From positions 1-62,436 of the forward strand of contig JAJZCM010000005.1 of assembly GCA_021846045.1 (NCBI GenBank): a DNA stretch of 62,436 nt, in the 5' to 3' direction. Within the stretch, counting starts at the first letter, position 1. Every line of letters begins with the position of its first letter. The notes under the pieces were generated by a model that worked only from the letters and a program-made list of their open reading frames with translations, was not told where the DNA came from and searched no databases. The position numbers were made by a program, and so were the translations under genes. This DNA is from a bacterium (lineage in GTDB: Bacteria > Elusimicrobiota > Elusimicrobia > UBA1565 > UBA9628). Positions 38,010-48,431 of the stretch are shown here, in pieces.

Positions 38010-39221
38010 TCATGAGGAAATCGCTGACAGGCCGGGAAGAATCTTGCCTTCCAAAAGTTCCAAGCTTGCTCCGCCGCCGGTCGAACAATGGCTCATCTCT
38101 TCGGAGAGTCCGGTCTGGCTTAAAACGGCCAGGCTGTCTCCGCCGCCAACGATGGTCACCGCTCCGTTTTTTCCGGCCTTGGCCATCGCTTCGGCTATAG
38201 CCCGGCTTCCGGCCGCGAATTCGGGTATTTCAAAAACCCCCATCGGTCCATTCCAAAAAATAGTCTTGGCCTTTTCAATTTCTTCCAGAAAAATTTCAAT
38301 CGTATGCGGACCAATATCAGCGCCGATAAGCCCGTTAGGAATGGCCATTCCCTGGGTCACGGAAACCTTAACGCCCGGCTTAATTTCCGAAACGGCCAAA
38401 TGATCCGCCGGAAGAAGACACGTCACTTTCTTAACATAAGATTTGTCGATGACAGCTTGAGCGTCAGGCACACGGTCTTTTTCCAGAAGAGATTTTCCGA
38501 TTGAGACCTCTTGCGCCAATAAAAACGTATAGGCCATGCCGCCTCCAATCAAAAGAGTGTCTACGCGGTCTAAGAGCTTGTTTAAAACTCCCAGTTTGTC
38601 GGAAACCTTGGCCCCCCCAATGATCGCGACGAAGGGCCTTGCCGGATTTCCGATAACACGGTCCAGGAACTCAAGTTCTTTTTGAACCAAAAAACCGACG
38701 CAGGAAGGAAGTATTTTTGGAATGCCGACGGTCGACGCATGCGCGCGGTGAATGGCGCCGAAAGCGTCTTCGACAAAAATCTCTCCAAGGTTTGCCAAGC
38801 CCTTGGCGAAATCGGGGTCGTTTTTTTCCTCGCCCGCGTGAAACCGGAGATTTTCCATCAAAATGACTTCGCCAGCTTTGACGCTCAAGGCCGCTTTTTC
38901 AGCCTGAGTTCCAACACATTCCGGAGAAAAAGAAACCGGCGCTCCAATAATTTTTTCCAAGGCTCGAGCGACGGGCTTAAGACTATATTTTTCCTCCGGT
39001 TTTCCTTTGGGCCTGCCTAGATGAGAAATCAGAACTATTTTTGCCTTGGCTTCCATCAGATATCTCAAGGTTGGCAGAGCCGCGCGCAAACGGCTGTCAT
39101 CTGAAACCTCCCCCTCATGAAGGGGAACGTTAAAATCAACCCGGACCAAAACCCTTTTTCCCAAAACAGGCATCTCCTGTAACCTTTTCAGCTTCAAGGC
39201 CGGCTTTTGAGTTTTTTCCAT
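38010..39221 (-). CDS. pgk: Phosphoglycerate kinase
   Basis: RVDFNVP, SHLGRP, ENLRF, HRAHAS, GGAKVSDK, WNGPMG, STGGGASL. Confidence 0.97.
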   Translation of the reverse strand: MEKTQKPALKLKRLQEMPVLGKRVLVRVDFNVPLHEGEVSDDSRLRAALPTLRYLMEAKAKIVLISHLGRPKGKPEEKYSLKPVARALEKIIGAPVSFSPECVGTQAEKAALSVKAGEVILMENLRFHAGEEKNDPDFAKGLANLGEIFVEDAFGAIHRAHASTVGIPKILPSCVGFLVQKELEFLDRVIGNPARPFVAIIGGAKVSDKLGVLNKLLDRVDTLLIGGGMAYTFLLAQEVSIGKSLLEKDRVPDAQAVIDKSYVKKVTCLLPADHLAVSEIKPGVKVSVTQGMAIPNGLIGADIGPHTIEIFLEEIEKAKTIFWNGPMGVFEIPEFAAGSRAIAEAMAKAGKNGAVTIVGGGDSLAVLSQTGLSEEMSHCSTGGGASLELLEGKILPGLSAISS

Positions 39222-39235
39222 TTTCCCCCCAGGGA

Positions 39236-40144
39236 TCAATATATTCTTTTACCCATGGCGGAACTGACGAGTTCAACAGCCAGAACCGCCGTCGAGTTTT
39301 GAATGTCTTCCAAAGGATTGACTTCCACCATATCCAAACCGAGAAGCTTATTGGACTCAGAGGACATCTCCATAATCAAATGGGACTCTCGATAAGTGAG
39401 CCCCCCCCTCTGGGTCGTGCCGGTTCCCGGAGCTTGAACTGGATCGACGGCGTCGATATCGAAACTGAGATGAAACCCGGCGGTGTCGTTGAGCACGATA
39501 GAAAGAGCCTGCTCCATCACCCTCGCCATACCCATGCGATCGATATCCTGCATTGAAAAAACCTTGACGCCCGATTCGCGCAAATTGTCCGCTTCGCTGG
39601 CGTCCACAGTTCGCGTTCCCACCAAACACACATTTTTCGGATCAACCTTGGGCGAAAAGCCGCCCAGCCGAACAAAGGGCGCATGCCCCATACCGATGAG
39701 ATGTGCGACCGGCATCCCGTGAATATTGCCGGAGGGAGACGTTTTAGGCGTGTTGATATCGGCATGGGCATCCACCCACAAAAGGCCGATGCGATGCCCT
39801 TTCTTCCGATAGGCCCCGGCAACTCCGGAAACGGTCCCCATCGCCAAGCTATGGTCCCCGCCCAAGGTCAGCGGGAAATGGCCCCCCCCAACGACTTTGC
39901 GGATATTTTTCTCCAGATCACGGCAAACCTTAAGTATCGCCGGAGCATTCTTCAGCTTTCTGTTTTTATGAGGAGAAGGTTCGGGAACTAAAACATCTCC
40001 CCTATCCTCGACTGAAAGCCCGATTTTCTCAAGAGATGGAATCAATCCCGCGCGGCGAATAGCTGAGGGCCCTCCGGAAGCGCCTTGTTTACTGGCCCCC
40101 AAATCAATAGGCGCTCCCACAACAACGACCCGCCGTTTAGTCAT
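39236..40144 (-). CDS. rocF: Arginase
   Basis: GGDHS, DAHADINTP.TSPSGNIHGMP, SFDIDAVDP, GTGT, EVNP. Confidence 0.95.
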   Translation of the reverse strand: MTKRRVVVVGAPIDLGASKQGASGGPSAIRRAGLIPSLEKIGLSVEDRGDVLVPEPSPHKNRKLKNAPAILKVCRDLEKNIRKVVGGGHFPLTLGGDHSLAMGTVSGVAGAYRKKGHRIGLLWVDAHADINTPKTSPSGNIHGMPVAHLIGMGHAPFVRLGGFSPKVDPKNVCLVGTRTVDASEADNLRESGVKVFSMQDIDRMGMARVMEQALSIVLNDTAGFHLSFDIDAVDPVQAPGTGTTQRGGLTYRESHLIMEMSSESNKLLGLDMVEVNPLEDIQNSTAVLAVELVSSAMGKRIY

Positions 40145-40149
40145 AAAAA

Positions 40150-41172
40150 TTACACCTTCGCGAGGATACCCTTCTTTGCGACAAACGCCGCCAAATCAAT
40201 AACGCGGTTGGAATAGCCCCACTCGTTGTCATACCAGCCGAAAATCTTGACGAGATTTTTATCCACCACATCCGTCAGGGGAGAATCAAAAATGCAACTG
40301 GAAGAGTTGCCGGTAAAATCCTTGGAAACCAACGGCGCCTCGGCATAGGATAAATACCCTTTCAAATCTCCAGCCTCGGAAGCCTTTTTAAACGCGGCAT
40401 TGACCTCTTCTTTCGTCACGGGTTTATCCGTCACAACCGTTAAATCAACAATGGATACGTCCGGGGTCGGAACCCGAATAGCGAGGCCGGTCAATTTCCC
40501 CTTGAGCTTGGGTAGAACCAGGCCGATGGCCTTTGCCGCGCCGGTCGTAGACGGAATCATGCTCTGGGCCGCCGCGCGCGCGCGGCGAAGATCCTTATGC
40601 GGAAAATCGAGAATTACTTGGTCGTTGGTGTAGGAGTGGATGGTTGTCATCATTCCGGATTTAATGCCAAAGGCCTCATCCATGACCTTGGCTAGGGGGG
40701 CCAAAGCATTGGTCGTGCAGGAGGCGTTGGAAATAATATGATGTTTGGCCGGATCATAGAGTTTTTCGTTAATCCCCATGCACAAAGTCATGTCTTCTCC
40801 TTTGGCGGGAGCGGAAATGATAACCTTCAAGGCGCCGGCGGCAATATGAGCTTTCGCTTTCTCCGCTTCGGTAAAGCGCCCGGTCGACTCAATGACCAAA
40901 TCGACGCCCAGCGTTTTCCACGGAAGATTAGCGGGATCTTTTTCCGCGATGACCTTGATAGTCCGTCCGTCGATTTTCAGATCATTTCCCACCGCCTCGA
41001 CGCTCCCGGGATAAATTCCGAAAGTTGAGTCGTATTTAAAAAGATGCGCCAAGGTCCTAGCATCGGTCAGGTCGTTGACCGCGACAAAATTTAATTCAGA
41101 GCTTAGAATTCCGGCCCTAAGCACCAAACGTCCAATTCTTCCAAACCCATTAATCGCGACATTGATCGCCAT
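40150..41172 (-). CDS. gap: Glyceraldehyde-3-phosphate dehydrogenase
   Basis: [22 protein letters not shown]; AGGAGG RBS. Confidence 0.98.
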   Translation of the reverse strand: MAINVAINGFGRIGRLVLRAGILSSELNFVAVNDLTDARTLAHLFKYDSTFGIYPGSVEAVGNDLKIDGRTIKVIAEKDPANLPWKTLGVDLVIESTGRFTEAEKAKAHIAAGALKVIISAPAKGEDMTLCMGINEKLYDPAKHHIISNASCTTNALAPLAKVMDEAFGIKSGMMTTIHSYTNDQVILDFPHKDLRRARAAAQSMIPSTTGAAKAIGLVLPKLKGKLTGLAIRVPTPDVSIVDLTVVTDKPVTKEEVNAAFKKASEAGDLKGYLSYAEAPLVSKDFTGNSSSCIFDSPLTDVVDKNLVKIFGWYDNEWGYSNRVIDLAAFVAKKGILAKV

Positions 41173-41269
41173 AAAACACCTCCTTTGAGACCGCGCCCCC
41201 TTGCGGAGGCTTCTCGCCTTATCCTACCGCTTTAAAAGCCGATTTTCCAGTTTTGCTATGATAATTTAT

Positions 41270-42025
41270 ATGAAATATCCGCGAATTCGCTGGGGGGCTT
41301 TGAGCCTCTTGGCCGTATGGCTCAGCGGTTGCGCGTCTTATTACACGCCCAAATCCCTTTACCTGGAAGACCCCGCTCTTTTGCCCATTCATGTCAAAGT
41401 CCCCGACACCCAGGTTTCAGTCGGCATTATTTTCCTCGATTCGTCAAAACTAGTTCATTTCTTTTTCATCAGGGAAGGCCTGATCCGACAGGATATTCTG
41501 CCGGTCATCATCTCGATTCACTCAAAAGACAAAAAGATCTACTCGGCCACTCCGCGCTCTTTTTATTTTGAAGCGGACGGACGAGTTTACAAACCCGTCT
41601 CTCCGGAAGAGGTTTTTGACGTCGCCTGGCAAGGCAAACACCCCTATATCCTCGTCAAGAAAACTCTCTACTATACAGCTCTGACAATTTTCACTATAGC
41701 GACCTTGGGATTAGGCTCCATAGTCTGGGTTTTATCCACGCCTTTTAAACAACCCACGCCCGCAGACGATCCCTTTGGTCGCGATCTGGTCTATAAATCA
41801 TTTCCGAAAAAGGCTCTTATCCAACCCGGCACCATGACAGGCGGCATGATCTTTTTTCATATGACCGACAAAATGAAAGATCCGTCTCATGCCGCCTTCG
41901 TCATTCATCTGGCTCAAGAAACCTCGTCTTTCGCGGTTCATTCGGCCTCAGTCACCATCAGAACCATGGATCAGGAAGATTCTCAAAACGCCATGGACGT
42001 TCTGAAAAACTTCTTTAACTATTGA
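41270..42025 (+). CDS. Hypothetical lipoprotein with internal TM segment
   Basis: MKYPRIRW...LSGC lipobox; TGcTATGAT 7 nt upstream. Confidence 0.65.
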   Translation: MKYPRIRWGALSLLAVWLSGCASYYTPKSLYLEDPALLPIHVKVPDTQVSVGIIFLDSSKLVHFFFIREGLIRQDILPVIISIHSKDKKIYSATPRSFYFEADGRVYKPVSPEEVFDVAWQGKHPYILVKKTLYYTALTIFTIATLGLGSIVWVLSTPFKQPTPADDPFGRDLVYKSFPKKALIQPGTMTGGMIFFHMTDKMKDPSHAAFVIHLAQETSSFAVHSASVTIRTMDQEDSQNAMDVLKNFFNY

Positions 42026-43119
42026 TAAAATTTTCAGTCGCCACGGTCATGGGCTTGTTGATAATTGGCGCGGCGATTCCCACCGTCTCTTCCCAGGAGA
42101 ACCAAAATATGGATTCCTACCATAAACCATCGGATGCAGAACTTAAGAAAAAGCTGACTCCGCTTGAATATGCCGTGACGCAACAATGCGAAACAGAACC
42201 CCCGTTTCACAACAAATACTGGGACAACCACGCGCCTGGAATCTATGTCGATGTCGTGAGTGGAAATCCTCTTTTTTCTTCTCTCGACAAATATGATTCC
42301 GGAACAGGCTGGCCAAGTTTCACCCAGCCGCTGGAATCAAAAAACATCATTGAAAAGAAAGATTTGACTCATGGAATACTCCGAACCGAAGTTCTCTCTA
42401 AAGACGCGAACTCGCATTTAGGGCACGTATTTCCGGACGGTCCCGGCCCTTTGGGCCTTCGTTATTGCATGAATTCGGCTTCCTTACGATTTATTCCGCT
42501 TGCTGACATGACGAAAGAGGGATATTCTCGCTATCTCCCGGCTTTTGAAAAGGCCGGGCTTTGGCCGATTGCCGCGAAAACAAGCTCAAAAAAAGGTTCC
42601 TTTGAAACCGTCGATTTGGCCGGGGGATGTTTCTGGGGCATGCAAGAAATTCTCCGGAAAATTCCCGGCGTCGTCAAAACCGAGGTCGGCTACGAGGGCG
42701 GGCATACGCCGAACGCGACCTACGAAGAAGTTCATGCCGGAAAAACGGGGTACGCGGAAACCGTCCGCGTCGTTTTCGATCCCCACAAGATCAGTTTTTC
42801 CGAGCTATTGGGATATTTTTTTCGTATGCATGATCCAACGACGCCCAATCAGCAGGGCAACGACGTCGGCACGCAATACCGATCCGCCATCTTTTATCAC
42901 AGCCAACAACAGCGCGCAATCGCCGAAAAAGTAAAGAAGGAAGTGGAAGAGTCCCCTCAATGGCCGCGAAAGCTCACAACTGAAATCGCCCCCGCAGGGC
43001 CTTTCTGGCGCGCGGAAGAGTCTCACCAAGACTATCTGGTTAAGAGCCCGCATGGATACACCTGCCATTTTCTCCGGGCGCCGGTCCAAGATTATCCGAA
43101 ATTTCAGGACCCTCAGTAA
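42022..43119 (+). CDS. msrAB: Exported bifunctional methionine sulfoxide reductase (MsrB-MsrA order)
   Basis: [22 protein letters not shown]...RYCMNS; GGCFWG, QYRSAIF, HQDY. Confidence 0.95.
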   Translation: MIKFSVATVMGLLIIGAAIPTVSSQENQNMDSYHKPSDAELKKKLTPLEYAVTQQCETEPPFHNKYWDNHAPGIYVDVVSGNPLFSSLDKYDSGTGWPSFTQPLESKNIIEKKDLTHGILRTEVLSKDANSHLGHVFPDGPGPLGLRYCMNSASLRFIPLADMTKEGYSRYLPAFEKAGLWPIAAKTSSKKGSFETVDLAGGCFWGMQEILRKIPGVVKTEVGYEGGHTPNATYEEVHAGKTGYAETVRVVFDPHKISFSELLGYFFRMHDPTTPNQQGNDVGTQYRSAIFYHSQQQRAIAEKVKKEVEESPQWPRKLTTEIAPAGPFWRAEESHQDYLVKSPHGYTCHFLRAPVQDYPKFQDPQ

Positions 43120-43147
43120 AACGGCCCGCCTAAATAGGCGGGCCGTT
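43120..43147. terminator. Bidirectional terminator hairpin between convergent genes
   Basis: AACGGCCCGCCTA-aa-TAGGCGGGCCGTT. Confidence 0.75.
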
Positions 43148-43161
43148 GGTTGTCCTCGGGT

Positions 43162-43749
43162 TTAAGCCGCGACTTTGAAATACTCTTTTGATTTAGCCGG
43201 ATCGGCCTTCATCGTTTTTTTGCCTTCATTCCAATTCGCAGGGCAAACCTCGCCGGTTTTCTCAACTTGTTGGAACGCTTTAAGGACCCGAAGGGTCTCA
43301 TCCACGCTGCGGCCCACCGCCAGATCATGGACCACGCTATAGGCCACTGCCCCTTTCGGGTTGATCAAAAATAAACCGCGCAAAGCAACGCCGCCTTCGC
43401 TAAGAACTCCGTAATCCTGAGCGATTTTCTTGGTTAAATCAGCCAAGAGAGGGTATTGAATTTCTCCCAGTCCGCCGTCTTTTCGCTCCGTATTGACCCA
43501 AGCCAGATGCGTAAACTGGCTGTCGATGGAACAACCCAAAACTTCGCAGCCGAGTTTTTTGAAGTCTTCCATTCGATCGCTAAAGGCCGTAATCTCTGTT
43601 GGACAGACAAAAGTAAAATCGAGCGGATAAAAGAAAAGAACCAACCATTTTCCCTTATAATCCGACAATTTTACTTCCTTAAACAATTTCCCCGATAAGG
43701 CTGTGGCCTTAAAATCAGGGGCCGGCTTTTGAACTAAAGAATCTCCCAT
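43162..43749 (-). CDS. ahpC: 2-Cys peroxiredoxin
   Basis: [21 protein letters not shown]; AGGAGG RBS before ATG 43749. Confidence 0.95.
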   Translation of the reverse strand: MGDSLVQKPAPDFKATALSGKLFKEVKLSDYKGKWLVLFFYPLDFTFVCPTEITAFSDRMEDFKKLGCEVLGCSIDSQFTHLAWVNTERKDGGLGEIQYPLLADLTKKIAQDYGVLSEGGVALRGLFLINPKGAVAYSVVHDLAVGRSVDETLRVLKAFQQVEKTGEVCPANWNEGKKTMKADPAKSKEYFKVAA

Positions 43750-43819
43750 ATTTTTAATCCTCCTTTTTCTCATAATACAAAATTAGACTGTTTTAAGGGG
43801 CGGGCAAAATTTAGTTTAA

Positions 43820-46183
43820 TTGACGGATGGAAAACAGGCCGGAAAGGAGCGGCCTTTCTTGGTTGATGGATTCCGTTTTCAGTCTCCCCTCCTTGTGATT
43901 TCCTTTATCTTCTCTATTTTTCTGGCCGGAAATCCCAGTGTTTTCGCCGCCGTATCTGCCTCCTCAGCCACTCTTCCTGTAAGCATTTCTAGCGCAAGCG
44001 TCAAAACCGCTTTAAAAGCTTCTTCCGCCACGGTCCGCCCCGATTCCATTCTCGCCGCGCCCGACACGGGTTACGCTCTTCCGCCGCCGCCTCAAATATC
44101 TACCGACGAAAGTTTAACCATCTTTACGGCTGATGAAGTCGATTATTCAAGTCCGGTCATCCACATGAAAGGAAACGTCATCATCCATCAGTCGACTCGA
44201 ACCATTAAAGCCGATCAACTTTGGATTAACCAAAGAACCAATATTGGGACCTCAAAGGGCTTTTTAATTATCAAAGATTCCGGATCGGCCATTAGCGGAA
44301 ATCCCGGGCATTATGATTTCGGGACGGAAACCGGAACCCTCATCCATGCCTCGGCTGGATACGGAGATTGGCAGGTTCACGGGGCGACGGCAACCTTAAA
44401 GTCAGGTCAGAAAGCCGTTTATGAAAACGCGGATTTTACCAGCTGCAATGAGTATCCTAATCCGGACTATCATTTTCATTCCACCCATCTCTTGGTGGTC
44501 CCGAATAAATATTTATTGGGATACAATACCACGTTCTGCCTGGGCAAAACCCCGCTTTTTTATATGCCGTTTTTTTACAAATCGCTGGTCCCCAAAAACA
44601 AGAAGAACGGAACTTTCCACATTACCCCCGACCCGGGGTATGACTATCGAAATGGGTATTTCTTAAAAAATATGGCGGAAGAAGATTGGAGCAAAACTCT
44701 CCAGACCAAGGAATACCTGGACTATTACTCAAATGAAGGAGTCGGCATAGGAGGAGAAGTTGATCACCATGAGAGCAAAAATCAAAGAGGCTCTCTTTAT
44801 TTTTACACGATTCATGAGAATCCACCCAAAACCGTAGGAGGAAATCTCATTTCCAGCGGACTCCAGCGCTGGGGCGTTTATGGAGGCGAGTATGATCAGC
44901 TGACCAGTTCTCTTTCTTTCCAGGCTCGTATTCAGGCGCAGTCCGATCAAAATTTCAACAACGATTATGCCCGTTCCAATCTCTATCCCGTCGCCAACCA
45001 ACTGATCAATAACGCCGCTCTCGTCTATCGACAAAGCAAATATTTCGCGCGCGTCAGCTATTCCCGCGTCGACAACGCCAACAATCCCAATGGAATCAAC
45101 GGCGGCGGTTTCACCACCTATTCGGAAAGCGCTCCCCGGTTTGATTTTCAGACTGTCCCGCTAAAGTTTAAAGACGTTCCTCTCATCAATACCTTCAGCG
45201 CATTTGAAGACAACACCCAAACCCAAGGCGTCCCGTTTTTGCAGCATTCAGCCGGAATCAATTGGCAGGGTTCGAACGTCTACCGAATGGGATGCGGAGT
45301 TAATTTCACCCCTTCACTCCAATACTCAAGCGTCTACTACAGCAAAACGAATCCATTAAGCCCTTACGCGACCAACCCCACCGCCATCTCAACGAACGTT
45401 TTCATCAATAACTATTCCGCCTCGGGAGATCTCCGCCTCCCAACTATCGTCGGCGACGTGGACGTCATTCAAAGCATGACCGGGCGCAGCAAGATGAACG
45501 GCTTCGGCCTCGACTCCAATGCTCCGGATCACGGAATTCAAAGCGAAATGGCCACCGTTGAAGACGTCTACACATTCTCTCCGACTTCCATGTTTCGAAT
45601 TACCTCCGGCTATAACGAACAACAAATCACCGGACAGCCTATTCCCACCAATCAAAGAATACAACCGATCGCCGAAAACCTCTCCTATGTCACCAATTCG
45701 GGAATCAACATCACTCAATCCAACACCTATCAATTTGACGGCGGCGAACAGTCTTTCCAGCTCAACGTCATGAAGGGCCAAGAACAAGGCACCCATTTCG
45801 GCTTATCGGCCGGATACGCCCCGGTCGTTCCCGGCATCAGCCCTCAAACCTACACGGTCAACACGGATTTCGGCTGGGCTCCAGCATCAGGAACCTGGCA
45901 TGTTTTTCTCATCACGCGCTCTCAAGTCATCTCTAACGCCGGAATCGGGCAAATGCAAAGCTTTGCGCTTTACGATAAGGAATTGACCGTCGTCAAGCTT
46001 TGGCACGATTTTATCGGGACAGGGCAGTTTCTCTTCCGTCCAGGAAACGTCAAACAGGTCTCGTTTAACGTCACTTTCCGAATCCCCGCCGGAGGCCCCC
46101 CAACTAGCAAGTCCCAGCAGCAACAAACTGATTGGGAATCGGAATGGTACCCGCAAAGGCAGCGCCCGATGACCCGGCTTTAG
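43820..46183 (+). CDS. lptD: LptD-like LPS assembly protein (start uncertain)
   Basis: OstA-like N-domain (KGNV..ADQL, FTSC, PLFYMPF, PGY..RNG) followed by barrel-like region. Confidence 0.7.
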   Translation: MTDGKQAGKERPFLVDGFRFQSPLLVISFIFSIFLAGNPSVFAAVSASSATLPVSISSASVKTALKASSATVRPDSILAAPDTGYALPPPPQISTDESLTIFTADEVDYSSPVIHMKGNVIIHQSTRTIKADQLWINQRTNIGTSKGFLIIKDSGSAISGNPGHYDFGTETGTLIHASAGYGDWQVHGATATLKSGQKAVYENADFTSCNEYPNPDYHFHSTHLLVVPNKYLLGYNTTFCLGKTPLFYMPFFYKSLVPKNKKNGTFHITPDPGYDYRNGYFLKNMAEEDWSKTLQTKEYLDYYSNEGVGIGGEVDHHESKNQRGSLYFYTIHENPPKTVGGNLISSGLQRWGVYGGEYDQLTSSLSFQARIQAQSDQNFNNDYARSNLYPVANQLINNAALVYRQSKYFARVSYSRVDNANNPNGINGGGFTTYSESAPRFDFQTVPLKFKDVPLINTFSAFEDNTQTQGVPFLQHSAGINWQGSNVYRMGCGVNFTPSLQYSSVYYSKTNPLSPYATNPTAISTNVFINNYSASGDLRLPTIVGDVDVIQSMTGRSKMNGFGLDSNAPDHGIQSEMATVEDVYTFSPTSMFRITSGYNEQQITGQPIPTNQRIQPIAENLSYVTNSGINITQSNTYQFDGGEQSFQLNVMKGQEQGTHFGLSAGYAPVVPGISPQTYTVNTDFGWAPASGTWHVFLITRSQVISNAGIGQMQSFALYDKELTVVKLWHDFIGTGQFLFRPGNVKQVSFNVTFRIPAGGPPTSKSQQQQTDWESEWYPQRQRPMTRL

Positions 46184-46186
46184 GGC

Positions 46187-47146
46187 TCAGCCTTCCAAGG
46201 CAAGCAGAGCCGCTCCGATGCAGCCAAAATCGGCGTTCTCGGTCATGCGAAGTTTGGCGCGCAAAAAAGGCGGCTTAAAGGGCTCTTGGGAGAGTTCCTT
46301 CTTGAGCGGGTCCATCAAATGCCGCCCGGCAGCGGAAACGCCGCCCAAAAGAGAAATCCCGTCCGGATTAAAAATCATGACCAAACTCGCGATTCCGGCG
46401 GCTAAATAGCGCGCGGTCACCGCCCAAACCTCTTGGGATAAAACATCTCCCATTTGGGCCGCCTCGCTTAAATGTCTGGGCTCAAGAGCGTTAGGTTCAG
46501 GGCAAATCGATGAAAGAATTCGCCCCTTATCCGGGCTCTCTGAGAGCATACGCCGGGCGGTGTTGATAATGCCATATCCGCCCGCGTAGGCTTCAAGGCA
46601 TCCCCGACTGCCGCAATGGCAGAGTTCTCCTCCGACCGCCACCCGCATATGCCCGATTTCCCCAGCGCTTCCCGCAGACCCCCGATAGAGTTTCCCACGG
46701 CAAACAATTCCGCCGCCAACTCCTGTCCCCAAGGTCAGCCCTAAAAAATTCTCGCCCTTTCTCTTAAAGTCCAGCATGTAACAACCCCAAACCGCGGCAT
46801 TGGCGTCGTTTTCGACAATAAAATTTCGAGAACCAAATTTTTTTGAAAAAGATTTTTTAAAATCAAAATTCGGCCAACCCTTTAAATTGGGGGCAAATAA
46901 AATTTTCCCGGACACCGGGTCGACTGCGCCGGCCAAGGCGAGACCAAACCCCTCCGCACGCACCTTCAGAAGTCTTTCCATATCTAAGACGGTCATTGCA
47001 ATCCGAGAGACGAAATCCTTGGGGCCCAAGGACGACTGAGTGGGAACCTGTTTTTTAACAAGAATTTTCCCGTTTTTCCCTAAAACGGCAATCTTCGTAT
47101 AGGTTCCGCCCACATCCACGCCGATGGATACGCTATTTTTACCCAT
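46187..47146 (-). CDS. ROK-family sugar kinase (glucokinase-like)
   Basis: GVDVGGT, ENDANAA, TLGTGVGGG, GEIGH, CHCGSRGCLEAY. Confidence 0.92.
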   Translation of the reverse strand: MGKNSVSIGVDVGGTYTKIAVLGKNGKILVKKQVPTQSSLGPKDFVSRIAMTVLDMERLLKVRAEGFGLALAGAVDPVSGKILFAPNLKGWPNFDFKKSFSKKFGSRNFIVENDANAAVWGCYMLDFKRKGENFLGLTLGTGVGGGIVCRGKLYRGSAGSAGEIGHMRVAVGGELCHCGSRGCLEAYAGGYGIINTARRMLSESPDKGRILSSICPEPNALEPRHLSEAAQMGDVLSQEVWAVTARYLAAGIASLVMIFNPDGISLLGGVSAAGRHLMDPLKKELSQEPFKPPFLRAKLRMTENADFGCIGAALLALEG

Positions 47147-48431
47147 TTTTAAATCCTCTCTTTTGCAAAGATTGTCTGGCCCTCTCAATAAGATAAAGCG
47201 ACCCGCAAACAACCGCAGCGGGCACATCTTGATTCTGCCAAATGTTAAAAGCCTCCTCAAGGCTTGGCGCCTCTTTTACTTGGGCATTCGAAAAAACTCG
47301 AGAAGCGATTTCCGCGAGTTCACTAGTGGAAGCCGCGCGCGGATTTAAAGGAGAAACGGCGACTATTGAGTGGACATCTTTGGGCAAAGCCTGAAGAGAT
47401 GCCGCGATATCCTTATCCTTCATCATGCCGATAATCCATAAAGCGGCATCCCCCGCCCACGGCGATTTTTCCCAGGTCTTAGATAAATTTCCCAGCGCTC
47501 CCGGATTATGGCCTCCGTCTAAAATTGCCGTCCTGCGCCCTGGCCCCATCAGAACCTCGAAACGCCCGGGCCAGGAGACCTGGGCAAGCCCTTTTTCCAT
47601 ATCAGAATGAGAAACCTTCAAATCCCGAGTCTGATTTAAATAAGACAATACCGCAGCGGCAAGGGAAACATTTCTCCCTTGAGAAAAACCGAGCATGGTC
47701 AAGGCCGCCTCAGCGCCCCAAGGAGCCTGAAGAATCTGCTTGTTTTTCTCCCAATCGATTCTTTTAACCAGCCAAGGATTCTCAACGACGCTTAGCGGCG
47801 CCAAAAGAGCGCGGGTTCTTTCTTTAATGATTTCCATCGGCTCCGGAGAAAGCGCGGAACAAAAAACAGGACATTTTTTTTTGATAATTCCCGCTTTTTC
47901 ATGGGCAATTTCTTTCAGAGTCTTTCCCAACCAATTCATGTGGTCGAAATCAATCGCGGTGATGATGGAGGAGAGCGGATTCTTCACCACATTGGTCGCA
48001 TCCAAACGTCCGCCAAGCCCGGTTTCGACAACGGCTACGTCAATTTCATTTTCGGCGAAATACTGAAATGCCATTGAAGTCAAAATCTCAAAATAGGTCA
48101 ACTCTTCTTTGGGGTCGAGGCAAAGGGTTCTTTCCAAGAGTCGATCAAAGTCCTCACGGGAAATCCAACTCCCATTAATACGAAGGCGCTCTCGGGGACT
48201 TTGAAGATGCGGGGAAAGATAAAACCCGGTTTTGTATCCCGAAGCGCGCAATATCGATTCCAAAATGGCACAGGTCGATCCCTTCCCATTGGTGCCGGCG
48301 ACATGAAGAACACGCAAATGATCCTGAGGATTTCCCAATAAAGCGAGGTGTGTTAAAATGCGGTCAAGGCCCGGAACAATTTTATGTTCTTGACGCGCTT
48401 TAAGAATTTGAAGGGAGTTTTCGCGAGTCAT
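47139..48431 (-). CDS. folC: Folylpolyglutamate/dihydrofolate synthase
   Basis: HVAGTNGKGS, ETGLGGRLDATN, EKAGIIK, WPGRFE, LDGGHN. Confidence 0.95.
   Translation of the reverse strand: MTRENSLQILKARQEHKIVPGLDRILTHLALLGNPQDHLRVLHVAGTNGKGSTCAILESILRASGYKTGFYLSPHLQSPRERLRINGSWISREDFDRLLERTLCLDPKEELTYFEILTSMAFQYFAENEIDVAVVETGLGGRLDATNVVKNPLSSIITAIDFDHMNWLGKTLKEIAHEKAGIIKKKCPVFCSALSPEPMEIIKERTRALLAPLSVVENPWLVKRIDWEKNKQILQAPWGAEAALTMLGFSQGRNVSLAAAVLSYLNQTRDLKVSHSDMEKGLAQVSWPGRFEVLMGPGRRTAILDGGHNPGALGNLSKTWEKSPWAGDAALWIIGMMKDKDIAASLQALPKDVHSIVAVSPLNPRAASTSELAEIASRVFSNAQVKEAPSLEEAFNIWQNQDVPAAVVCGSLYLIERARQSLQKRGFKNG

Noticed and set aside
37674-38015. Small ORFs across MITE copy 2
   Set aside because: Same repeat-derived frames
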